From positions 64,880 to 128,879 of the forward strand of contig JBBTRX010000002.1 of NCBI GenBank assembly GCA_038064975.1: a DNA stretch of 64,000 bases, written 5' to 3'. Below, one piece after another: positions 1-8,418 of this stretch. The stretch comes from Patescibacteria group bacterium. GTDB lineage: Bacteria > Patescibacteriota > Minisyncoccia > UBA6257 > 1-14-0-10-40-38. The position numbers were made by a program, and so were the translations under genes. The notes beneath the pieces were generated by a model. It made no database searches. It was not told where the DNA came from and saw only the letters and a program-made list of their open reading frames with translations. The number at the start of each line of letters is the position of its first letter. The stretch's first letter is position 1.

Positions 1-105
1 GCAATGGTTAGTATAGCCATCACCCGTGACAGGAGCGCCGCAGTGCTCGCAAATAAAATCCTCTGTAGTGCGCTGAAATCGTTTTGTGTCCATGCCAAAA
101 AGAAA

Positions 106-471
106 TTAATTCTGTTCCTGATGGAGAGACAAAAAGAGCAATGCTCCCGCAAGACCAATATCCCGTACGCCGATGGGAGTGAGCCCTACTTCTATAACAA
201 TACCCGTCATGTGTAAGAAGAGTAAAAAAGCGATAACTCTCGTGGCTATACCAAGTGCTAAAAGTGAACCCAAAATTATTTCTGCCGCACCATTCAGATA
301 AATAAAAGTTACAGGATCAAAACCCACGTCTGTAATCCACGCAGGCACAAATCCCGTCCACGATTCCGGATTTAAAACTTGATTCAAACCAAACCACAGC
401 ATTACAAAACTTATCGTAAGTCGTAACACGAGTGGCGCGAAAGGAGAAAGTTTTGAAAATAGATTTGTCAT
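106..471 (-). CDS. DoxX-family small membrane protein
   Basis: 121 aa with 3-4 predicted TM helices. The layout is DoxX-like. Confidence 0.5.
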   Translation of the reverse strand: MTNLFSKLSPFAPLVLRLTISFVMLWFGLNQVLNPESWTGFVPAWITDVGFDPVTFIYLNGAAEIILGSLLALGIATRVIAFLLFLHMTGIVIEVGLTPIGVRDIGLAGALLFLSLHQEQN

Positions 472-595
472 AATTATTAGTTAGAACTCTTTTCCTAGGT
501 TCAAAATAGGCTACATTCCAGAAAAACTCAAGCTATCGGAAAAGTAGCTATTCATAAAGGATTCATTTACAACACCCTATCATTTCTATAACTAT

Positions 596-1057
596 ATGGG
601 ATTCCCTAGAAAAATTCCTCTCGCACAAAAAGTAAAATGGCAGGCAGACAATGGCGATGGCGTAGCCGGGATATCCTTCTCTAATGAAGGTAATGATACG
701 GAGGACTTTATTCCCTGGGAATTACTTCAGCCAGAGCTAAACCGTGAGTTGCTTACCAAACTCTTTGCAAACCCGCAGGGCTATACATTTGAAGTACACG
801 ATCATCACGGAAAAAAGAATTGGGTTATGATTGTGGTTGATAGTTCAGAAAATGAAATATGCGACGTGTGGTTTGGCGGAGATCCGGACAACGGCTGGGG
901 TTTCGACGGCTTAATCCGCGTAGGAAACGCACTCGCAAAAGAACCACCCCATGTCTGGCAAATCTATCAGCGATATTCCGACGGAACGTATCAGCGTTTG
1001 CCGAGCCGCTATGGATCTCTGGAAAAAGTTCCATCCACGGAAAAGAAAAAGGTATAG
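596..1057 (+). CDS. hypothetical protein
   Basis: 153-aa ORF with no recognisable motif. It is not opposed by a better ORF on the other strand. Confidence 0.4.
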   Translation: MGFPRKIPLAQKVKWQADNGDGVAGISFSNEGNDTEDFIPWELLQPELNRELLTKLFANPQGYTFEVHDHHGKKNWVMIVVDSSENEICDVWFGGDPDNGWGFDGLIRVGNALAKEPPHVWQIYQRYSDGTYQRLPSRYGSLEKVPSTEKKKV

Positions 1058-1111
1058 AAAGCTTTTCATAACCATGAAGGCCAATGCTATAATTCTCAAA
1101 TACTCCCCCAC

Positions 1112-1717
1112 ATGGAATTCAACGAACTCCCCCTTTCCTTGGAATGGCTTAGCCCACTCAGTACTATTTTCACGAGCTATCCGTATGCCTTTCTATTTGT
1201 AGGATTGCTCATCGGAGGAGAGACCATCCTCCTGCCCGCTCTTTATTTAGGGATGACGGGAGTATTTAATACTCTATATGTAGTCCTCGTGATGATTGTC
1301 GCCACTATCATATCTGACATTTTTTGGTATGCACTTGGGCGCGGAGCGGTACCTACGACGCTTAAACATTTCTTCAAAAATAAATTAGCATCACAGGCGG
1401 ATCGCCTTCATGAGGCAATACAAGGAAAAGAACTGTTGATTTTATTTTTTTCTAAATTTGTATACGGAACACGCATTGCAGCACAAGTATTATGCGGCAT
1501 ACGCAAAGTCTCTTTTTGGCGTTACCTCGGTGTAAATATCGCCGGCGTTCTCGCCCTCGCAGCTGCATATGTGCTTATTATCCGTACAGCTTTTATATTT
1601 TCTTATAATGCACAAAGCTTACAGAATAAATTTGCGATAATCGCATCCATTTTGATTCCATCATTGGTAGTCTTACATCTTATATTCAAGAGAATAATCA
1701 AGCGAGAAGAAGTATGA
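1112..1717 (+). CDS. DedA/SNARE-associated family membrane protein
   Basis: 201 aa, multi-TM. The G-rich motif LLIGGETILLPALYLG is typical of DedA. Confidence 0.5.
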   Translation: MEFNELPLSLEWLSPLSTIFTSYPYAFLFVGLLIGGETILLPALYLGMTGVFNTLYVVLVMIVATIISDIFWYALGRGAVPTTLKHFFKNKLASQADRLHEAIQGKELLILFFSKFVYGTRIAAQVLCGIRKVSFWRYLGVNIAGVLALAAAYVLIIRTAFIFSYNAQSLQNKFAIIASILIPSLVVLHLIFKRIIKREEV

Positions 1718-2397
1718 TATCCGCAATTATTCCTGCGTTTAATGAGGAAAGTACAATTGCAGAAGTTGTTACTTCAGTTATTGGGCATCCTGATGTTAAT
1801 GAGGTCATCGTCGTAAACGATGGTTCAACCGATACCACAGAAGCTCGAGCACGTGAAGCAGGAGCAAAAGTGATCACGCTCACAAAAAATAAAGGCAAGG
1901 GAGAGTCTATGGAGGTAGGAGTCCGTAGCGCCAAGAACGATATTATTTTATTTATGGACGCAGACGTAACAGGATTCACTCATGAAAAAATATCAAGAAT
2001 AATAAATCCGGTAATAAACGGCAGGTATAAAATGTTTGTAGGAGTACGGGCACGAAGCATTATATTTTTTAACCGCTATTTTCGTCTTTTCCCAATCCTT
2101 TCCGGTGAGCGAGCGCTCGTAAAATCATTATGGTATGAGGTGCCACTGAATGACAAAAGAGGATTTAAAATAGAGATCGCTCTTAATTATGCTTCTAAAC
2201 AAACTGATCTTGGTATGGGCTTTACTCTTATAGGTGGCATTAAACATCTAATCAAAGAGAAAAAATATAAGTTTTTTGATGGATTCTCAAGAAGAATATA
2301 TATGATTTTCGATGTCCTGAGTATTTCTATAAAGCTTTACGTAATTAAGCCCTTCCTAAAAAAAGTAGATAGAGTATTAAGAACTCTAAATGCATAA
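1714..2397 (+). CDS. family 2 glycosyltransferase (dolichol-phosphate mannosyltransferase-like)
   Basis: The N-terminus SAIIPAFNEE..VIVVNDGSTD...DAD matches the GT2 DXD fold. It overlaps the upstream gene by 4 nt, which suggests an operon. Confidence 0.75.
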   Translation: MISAIIPAFNEESTIAEVVTSVIGHPDVNEVIVVNDGSTDTTEARAREAGAKVITLTKNKGKGESMEVGVRSAKNDIILFMDADVTGFTHEKISRIINPVINGRYKMFVGVRARSIIFFNRYFRLFPILSGERALVKSLWYEVPLNDKRGFKIEIALNYASKQTDLGMGFTLIGGIKHLIKEKKYKFFDGFSRRIYMIFDVLSISIKLYVIKPFLKKVDRVLRTLNA

Positions 2398-2413
2398 TAA
2401 GAAATTTCTAATG

Positions 2414-2484
2414 TGGACCCAGGGAGAATCGGACTCCCGTCTCGTCATTGCGAACGACGCGTCTTGCCACTGGACCATGGGCCC
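2414..2484 (-). tRNA. tRNA-Ala (anticodon CGC)
   Basis: Hand-folded cloverleaf. The acceptor pairs GGGCCCA with TGGGTCC and has the G3:U70 alanine identity pair. The anticodon loop is TTCGCAA and the T-loop is TCCGATT. Confidence 0.8.
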
Positions 2485-2648
2485 ATTGTATGGGGATGCT
2501 ATGGCGAAATATAGTATGGGATAAAAATGTGCGCCTGGACTTTATCCGGCTTTGCCGGAACTGAACCAGGGACCCTTTTAAACTTCACTTATAGTACAAA
2601 ATCTGACGCCAAGAATCCAGTAATTACAAAAATTATTAAAAAAGAAAG

Positions 2649-2690
2649 CTCCGATCCGCGCGAACGCGAACTGGAGCTCTGACTACTCAT
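2649..2690 (-). terminator. rho-independent terminator for the 2683..3042 gene
   Basis: Hairpin AGCTCC...GGAGCT containing an inner CGCG aa CGCG hairpin. It is followed on the minus strand by a T-run (TTTCTTTTTT). Confidence 0.5.
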
Positions 2691-3042
2691 CATTGAGTAG
2701 GTTAGGAATTCTTTTTTGCCTCCGCTTCTTCAGGTACGCCATGCCAGAAACGATAAGGATTGAACCCCAGAACACAGCCAAGACCATGTAATTGTTCCAA
2801 TCCTCAAGATTCCGCTCCCCCTCAATCCCAAGTTTTGAGAACAAAGGATAAGAGAGATACTTCGTCAGAGGTCCAAGAAGAAGTGCTGGTAGGAAAAAGA
2901 CAAATATCACGATGAGGAACAGCACTAGAGTCCCCAGTATGTTTTCCAGACAACCCCCCTTCTCATATGATTCAAATCTTTCTTCCAAGCCCTGCACCCT
3001 TGTTTCAAGGTCATCTTGCTCTGTCATTACATCCTCCTCCAC
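2683..3042 (-). CDS. hypothetical membrane protein
   Basis: 119 aa with an acidic N-terminus followed by two hydrophobic helices. Confidence 0.4.
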   Translation of the reverse strand: MEEDVMTEQDDLETRVQGLEERFESYEKGGCLENILGTLVLFLIVIFVFFLPALLLGPLTKYLSYPLFSKLGIEGERNLEDWNNYMVLAVFWGSILIVSGMAYLKKRRQKRIPNLLNDE

Positions 3043-3124
3043 ATGTTAGGATCGTGATGAGAAGCACGCTTGTTTGAGAACTTTTTTAATAATAGCACAT
3101 CTAATATATTTGTCAAGTTCTAGC

Positions 3125-4594
3125 TTAAAGCCGTTGGAAAAGAGGCTCTCCTTTTTTGATAGTGAGCGGATGCACTTTGGGAGTGCGAAGCTGTGCGATT
3201 GTAAGACCAAATCTACTTACTATATTTTCGGCAGTTTCCGGCAAAAAGATATGTAAGATATTGGCAATATTCAAAATAAGAGAAGCAAGGTCGGCAAGAA
3301 TAATTTTCTGGTCGTCTCCCGATTTCTCCCATGGTTTTGTTTCGTTTACATACTTATCCCCCAGTGCAACGAGCTGCCATACTGCCTCAATCGCGAGATG
3401 GAATGCGTACTTTTCTAATGCCTCGCGAACTGCTTCCTTTACACGCTTCACTTCAGGCTCAAAGACACCAGTCGCAATCGTAATGTCCGTGAGGTGTGCA
3501 GACTCTCCCAGTGTCGTCACGCGTTGTACAAGATTACCCACACCGTTTGCAAGATCAGCGTTATAGATTTCTTTGAATCGTGCCTCGCTCCAATCCCCGT
3601 CTTCATACGCATGGATTCCGCGCAAAAGAAAATATCGCACAGCATCCGTGCCATACTTTTCTGTAAGATCAATTGGGTTTACCGTATTGCCGAGCGACTT
3701 AGAAATTTTCTGTCCCTCGTGCGTAATGAATCCGTGAATAAAAATTTGTTGCGACGGTGGGAGTTTTGCCGAGAGTAACATTGCCTGCCACATTGCGGAT
3801 TGCTGGCGCAGATTATCTTTTCCCGCAACCTGCACTCCGGGCCAGAACTGTTTAAACTTTGAAGTATCATCGGGCCAGCCGAGAGCTGACACGTAATTTA
3901 CAAGCGCATCAAACCACACATACATCACATGATCTTCGTCCCCCGGCACGGGTACGCCCCATGGCATTTTTGATTTCAACCGTGAAACACTGAAATCATC
4001 CAATCCGCGCTCAACGAATTTTTTGATTTCATTCAAGCGAAAATCCGGCACCACAAAATCCGGATGTTTCGCATACAACTCTAACAACGGTTTTTCATAT
4101 TTAGAAAACCGGAAAAAGTAATTCTCTTCTTCAATAAATTCAATATCCTGATTGGGATGGATAGCGCAGCGGTTATTCACGAGCTCAGATTCTGTCTTTT
4201 CCAATTCACACCCCACGCAATATTTAGTGGTATATATTTTTTTATAAATATCTCCGCTCTTCTCACATCGTTTCCAAAATTCTTGCGCGGCAGCAACATG
4301 GTGCGGATCAGTCGTGCGGATAAAATTGGTATAGCTTACGTTAAGCGCGTTCTTGAGCAAATCAAATTTCGCGGCATATTCATTAACATATACCTGCGGA
4401 TCTTTTTTCTCTTCAAGCGCTTTCCGATAGATTTTGAGCCCATGTTCGTCCGTACCGGTATTAAAAAATATTTCCTCGCCCCGAGACTGGTGCAGGCGCG
4501 CGATAACGTCCGCTTGGACAAGCTCAAGAGCGAATCCGATGTGCGGATCCGCATTCACGTACGGAAGTGTAGTTGTAATATAGAACTTCTCCAT
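3125..4594 (-). CDS. metG: methionine--tRNA ligase (MetRS, no C-terminal tRNA-binding domain)
   Basis: Class I HIGH motif (PHIGF), KISKS motif and the MetRS zinc knuckle CVGC..C..H. The N-terminus YITTTLPYVNADPHIGF is typical of MetRS. Confidence 0.9.
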   Translation of the reverse strand: MEKFYITTTLPYVNADPHIGFALELVQADVIARLHQSRGEEIFFNTGTDEHGLKIYRKALEEKKDPQVYVNEYAAKFDLLKNALNVSYTNFIRTTDPHHVAAAQEFWKRCEKSGDIYKKIYTTKYCVGCELEKTESELVNNRCAIHPNQDIEFIEEENYFFRFSKYEKPLLELYAKHPDFVVPDFRLNEIKKFVERGLDDFSVSRLKSKMPWGVPVPGDEDHVMYVWFDALVNYVSALGWPDDTSKFKQFWPGVQVAGKDNLRQQSAMWQAMLLSAKLPPSQQIFIHGFITHEGQKISKSLGNTVNPIDLTEKYGTDAVRYFLLRGIHAYEDGDWSEARFKEIYNADLANGVGNLVQRVTTLGESAHLTDITIATGVFEPEVKRVKEAVREALEKYAFHLAIEAVWQLVALGDKYVNETKPWEKSGDDQKIILADLASLILNIANILHIFLPETAENIVSRFGLTIAQLRTPKVHPLTIKKGEPLFQRL

Positions 4595-4629
4595 AACAAA
4601 CCAATCCTAGCGCGGAACTTCCTCTCGCG

Positions 4630-5244
4630 CTATTTCTTATTATTCCATTTCCGCAGTTTCGGATTTCTATTCACAAACCACTTATCTTTCTCGTCAAACC
4701 ACCATGCATCCGGATGCGTCGTGAGCAGTAACTTTCCAAGCTGTTTTCCCGCGGGAGTTTTAAGCCGTTCATACGCAGTCTTACCCCAAACTTTCGCTTT
4801 CTTATTCCCTTTCACTTCTTCTTCCCGCATCGTCGCGAGCCATTCTAAAGTATCCGCTTCTTTCGCAATTTTTCCTTCCAGCGTTGTTTTCGCTTGCTCC
4901 TCAATGTACGCCTCACGGATTTCGTTTCCAAACGGCAAGCTCTTTGCGATATCTTCCACCGCCTGATTTTCTGCCAAACGTCCGTATTTCTGGTGTACGT
5001 AGTTTAGATCAGATGTTCTTCCCTCTCCTAAGTCATGCATAAGGCAGAGAAAGATAATGCGATGCATATCAGCTTTCGGAACAATTTTAGAAAGAAGATA
5101 ACCGATAAAAACCGTGCGAAGAGTGTGTTCCGCAACCGATTGCTGTCCTGTCCCTAAAAACCATAATCCTGATCGCGGCGTTTTCGCGAGAATGCCGGTT
5201 TCATAAATAAAGTTAGTGATTGATTCTAAATCTTTTTTCTTCAT
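4630..5244 (-). CDS. HD-domain phosphohydrolase (YfbR-like 5'-deoxynucleotidase)
   Basis: H..HD..D metal-binding motifs (LMHDLGEGRTSD). Confidence 0.7.
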   Translation of the reverse strand: MKKKDLESITNFIYETGILAKTPRSGLWFLGTGQQSVAEHTLRTVFIGYLLSKIVPKADMHRIIFLCLMHDLGEGRTSDLNYVHQKYGRLAENQAVEDIAKSLPFGNEIREAYIEEQAKTTLEGKIAKEADTLEWLATMREEEVKGNKKAKVWGKTAYERLKTPAGKQLGKLLLTTHPDAWWFDEKDKWFVNRNPKLRKWNNKK

Positions 5245-5254
5245 TTTTTTATTC

Positions 5255-5380
5255 TGTCGGGGTGCCGGGAGATCTCACGTCGTCCGGCAATGCCGGACTC
5301 CTTGAAACCCAGCGGTTTCAACAACTTCCGCATCGGGAAAACTCCCGATTTTTCCGACCCCTTTCCCGTTCGATTTTCCG
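5255..5380 (-). repeat. tRNA-3'-end-associated structured repeat, copy A (subtype 2), downstream of tRNA-Pro
   Basis: It begins (plus strand) with 19 nt identical to the tRNA-Pro 3' end plus trailer (ttctgtcggggtgccggga). The conserved core runs GATCTCACGTCG...CCGACCCCTTTCCCGTTCGATT, and the far end carries an inverted T-loop copy. It is about 90% identical to copies C and G. Confidence 0.8.
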
Positions 5381-5440
5381 AAAAGGATTTTTATTATCAT
5401 ATCACGCCGCACACTGGATTAATGGCGATTATCTGTTCTG

Positions 5441-5511
5441 TCGGGGTGCCGGGAATCGAACCCGGCCTTTACGCACCCGAAGCGTACGTACTGCCGATAT
5501 ACTACACCCCG
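5441..5511 (-). tRNA. tRNA-Pro (anticodon CGG)
   Basis: Cloverleaf with the C1:G72 and A73 identity elements typical of bacterial tRNA-Pro. Anticodon loop TTCGGGT, T-loop TTCGATT. Confidence 0.85.
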
Positions 5512-5599
5512 CCTTCACTAAAGTTACGGCGGGCAGGCCCGCTTTCGCCTTGGCATCCACTATAGATTACCCTTATAGCTATTGGCTAGTCCCTAGTGA

Positions 5600-7078
5600 T
5601 TACTTAACAAAATATTTCTTCTTGATCTCCTCATCGATGCGATGCTGCGCAGCGGATGCACTTTCTTTTGCCTTTCGTGCAAAATCCTCAAGCTCCTTAT
5701 CGGTCATCTTGCCCAATTCCTGAATTCTCTTTTCCAACACCTTTTTAGTATTGTATTTTGGATCTTCCAAAACTTCTTCCAAAAGCACCGCAAGAATTTT
5801 TCCAATCCGCGGTCCAGGAGACATCTTAAGGACGCGCATCACGTCTTCTCCATTCGCCTTCAACATCTTCGGGCTTACTGGATCTTTCTGTACTTTCTCA
5901 ATCATCGCGCGCAGATAGCGTAATCGATACGGTTGAGCCTTGGGCACACCGGATCCGATGCGATCCGCTTCGCGAAGTTTTAAAAGCGCATCTACATTGT
6001 CTTTACCAACACGCGCAATAAGCCGGCGTACACCCGCAAGAGTTACCGCTTCTGGATCGTATACAAACATATGCTCGCGCACTAAGAGAGCTACAGTCTC
6101 CGTAAGCGTTTTTGAGAAACGGAGGCGATCCATAATAGTTGCCGTCATCCGTTCGCCAACAACTTGATGTCCGTAAAAGGTAGAGTCCGGTCCATCCCCT
6201 TTTTTTGAACGCGGCTTTCCAACGTCATGAAAAAGTGACGCAAGGCGGATATGGAGCGGAAACCGTTCTGCTACCGCGTATTCCAATGATCGAAGATTAT
6301 GTTCAAAGACAGTATAGATATGATGCTTGTTTTGCGTTACGCTGATCCCCTCTTCAATTTCAGGAGCGATATGAATGAGAAGTTTGTGTGCGAGAAGCAT
6401 ACGCACACCCTCTGCAGCACGGTCGGTCAGCATGAGTTTTGTAAACTCATCGCGTATACGTTCCTTGGAAACATATGCCAAAAGCCCGCTCTGTTTTGTA
6501 ATCGCTTGTGCGGTCTTTTCTTCGATCGCAAATCCAAGCTGCGCACTAAACCGAATCGCCCGCAAAAGACGAAGAGCGTCTTCTTCAAATCGCTGCTCAG
6601 CCTTTCCTACGGCGCGAATAATTTTTTTCTTTAAATCTTCCTGTCCGTGATAAGGATCAACAATCAACTCTCTACTTGCATCGGTTATTTTTAATGCCAT
6701 CGCATTCACTGTAAAATCTCTGCGCGAGAGATCTTCTTCTATTGTAGAAGCGAAAGTTACCTCGTCTGGGTGACGCTTGTCACTATATTTCCCTTCAATA
6801 CGAAATGTCGTAACTTCAATTACTTTTAGTTTTGGATCTTCCGAATCCGTTTTTACTCCCACGGTGCCAAATTCATTTTCATATACTGAATCTGAGAATA
6901 ACTTTTGAATTTCTTCTGGCTTTGCATTCGTTGCGACGTCCCAGTCACTCGGACCTTCCGCAGGAGAATTCTCCATCATAATGTCCCGAACGCATCCGCC
7001 CACAAGATACGCATCAAAACCGCCCTCGTTTAAGCGTTCGGCGATCATTTTTACCTCTTTTGGGATGCGGCTTTTCAT
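5600..7078 (-). CDS. cca: CCA-adding tRNA nucleotidyltransferase with HD domain
   Basis: Pol-beta-like nucleotidyltransferase N-terminus (GGCVRD) plus a C-terminal HD domain (HDVGK). Confidence 0.8.
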   Translation of the reverse strand: MKSRIPKEVKMIAERLNEGGFDAYLVGGCVRDIMMENSPAEGPSDWDVATNAKPEEIQKLFSDSVYENEFGTVGVKTDSEDPKLKVIEVTTFRIEGKYSDKRHPDEVTFASTIEEDLSRRDFTVNAMALKITDASRELIVDPYHGQEDLKKKIIRAVGKAEQRFEEDALRLLRAIRFSAQLGFAIEEKTAQAITKQSGLLAYVSKERIRDEFTKLMLTDRAAEGVRMLLAHKLLIHIAPEIEEGISVTQNKHHIYTVFEHNLRSLEYAVAERFPLHIRLASLFHDVGKPRSKKGDGPDSTFYGHQVVGERMTATIMDRLRFSKTLTETVALLVREHMFVYDPEAVTLAGVRRLIARVGKDNVDALLKLREADRIGSGVPKAQPYRLRYLRAMIEKVQKDPVSPKMLKANGEDVMRVLKMSPGPRIGKILAVLLEEVLEDPKYNTKKVLEKRIQELGKMTDKELEDFARKAKESASAAQHRIDEEIKKKYFVK

Positions 7079-7194
7079 ATCTACGATAATACGGGAAAAT
7101 CAGAATTGACTCCAGAGCATAGAAAAAGCGCCCTCACAAAAGGGCGCTTTTTTTAGCCTTATTCCGCCGGCTTGCGAATTTACCTTTTACAAAA

Positions 7195-7674
7195 CTACTG
7201 ATTCTTAATCTCCAATTTTCTTGCTTTTGCCCGATTTCGTTTAGGAAGCTTTATTTTTAAAACTCCGTTTTTGATCGTTGCCTCTGCGCCTTCAGGATCA
7301 ACTTCTTCCGGCAAAGAAACTGAACGAGCGAACTTTCCCCAATAGCATTCATGGTAAACATAATCTTCGTGACGTACGTCATGCTCCCGCTCTCGCTTTC
7401 CTCGGATCGTAATCCCATCCGCAGTAATCACGACATCAATATCTTCAGGATCAACTCCGGCAATCGGCGACTCAACGATAACGTCTCCCCCTTTGTTATA
7501 TACATCAATCGTAAGCTGCCCCTCATCTTCACCGATATGCGGATCAGAAGTCACATCTATTTCCGTTTTTACTTTTGTTGCCGACGCGCGCGTAAGACCA
7601 ATATCAAAAGGCGCCGGAGGTATTTCGGAGCTCGCACGTAATTCTTCTAAAAATTTTCTTGTTTCGTCGCTCAT
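7195..7674 (-). CDS. Hsp20/alpha-crystallin family small heat-shock protein
   Basis: Alpha-crystallin domain with GVLKIKLPK near the C-terminus. Confidence 0.8.
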   Translation of the reverse strand: MSDETRKFLEELRASSEIPPAPFDIGLTRASATKVKTEIDVTSDPHIGEDEGQLTIDVYNKGGDVIVESPIAGVDPEDIDVVITADGITIRGKREREHDVRHEDYVYHECYWGKFARSVSLPEEVDPEGAEATIKNGVLKIKLPKRNRAKARKLEIKNQ

Positions 7675-7680
7675 GTTGTA

Positions 7681-8397
7681 TTACGCGTCTTCTTTTTTTA
7701 ATTTTTCAAAATCATTGAGCAGGAAGAAAGCGAGGATGACCACAAAGAGAATCGCGATACTCGCAGGTCCAGACATAATTATAAGTTTATTAAAGATTGC
7801 ATGCAATACAGTCGCAAGCCCCAGACCGGCAAAAAGAATATGAAATTCACTCTTATGAACGAGTAAAAATTCTCCCTTGCTCCGTATGAACGCGTGTGCC
7901 CAATAATAGCCAACAATGCCGGACGCAAGCGTATGCAAAAGAGTTGCACCGATTGCGCGGAGTGTGATTGCCTCAAATATCGCGATATTAAATACCGTAC
8001 CGTTCGCGACATTGATGACGGATGCTACGTTTTCCACCGCGGCAAAGCCAAGTCCTGCAACAATCATATAAATCATCGCGTCTAACGGCTCATCAAATTC
8101 CCGCCGCTTATGAATAAAAAGCAGAACAGTAAAAAATTTTGTGAGTTCTTCCGTAAACGCGAGAAAAACGAACGCCGTAAAGCTATGCCCGTCTATACCC
8201 GCACTCATAATGGTCCTGCTCAAAAAAAGCTGGATGGGAATTAGCGCGAGCGTCATGAGCCCGCTTACAAGAAACGTAAAGAGAATCAGCCGCTTCGGTT
8301 CCGGATGCTTATAATCTTCCCGCAAATAAAAGAGGAGCCAAACAAAACTTGGGATGAGTCCGAGAAATATCAATGTCGTGTTAACGAGAACCGGCAT
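7681..8397 (-). CDS. PrsW-family intramembrane protease
   Basis: Multi-TM protein with an EExxK motif (TEELTKFF) and an FxxxE..H..N arrangement. Confidence 0.55.
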   Translation of the reverse strand: MPVLVNTTLIFLGLIPSFVWLLFYLREDYKHPEPKRLILFTFLVSGLMTLALIPIQLFLSRTIMSAGIDGHSFTAFVFLAFTEELTKFFTVLLFIHKRREFDEPLDAMIYMIVAGLGFAAVENVASVINVANGTVFNIAIFEAITLRAIGATLLHTLASGIVGYYWAHAFIRSKGEFLLVHKSEFHILFAGLGLATVLHAIFNKLIIMSGPASIAILFVVILAFFLLNDFEKLKKEDA

Positions 8398-8418
8398 GAA
8401 GAGCGTATGCTCTTTATC

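Noticed and set aside
2485-2600. Structured leader upstream of tRNA-Ala considered as SRP or 6S RNA
   Set aside because: It has no SRP or 6S consensus. It is better explained as a partial tRNA-Ala 5'-half duplicate plus hairpin, and is reported under findings instead.
4157-4966. 269-aa plus-strand ORF
   Set aside because: It lies entirely antisense to the well-supported MetRS and HD-domain genes. It is low-complexity and hydrophobic, with no motif, so it is a spurious shadow ORF.
5229-5400. Interpretation of the tRNA-adjacent elements as intron-containing or permuted tRNA genes
   Set aside because: Adjacent intact tRNAs already exist. The elements contain only the 3' T-stem and acceptor strand and an inverted T-loop, with no D-arm or anticodon arm.
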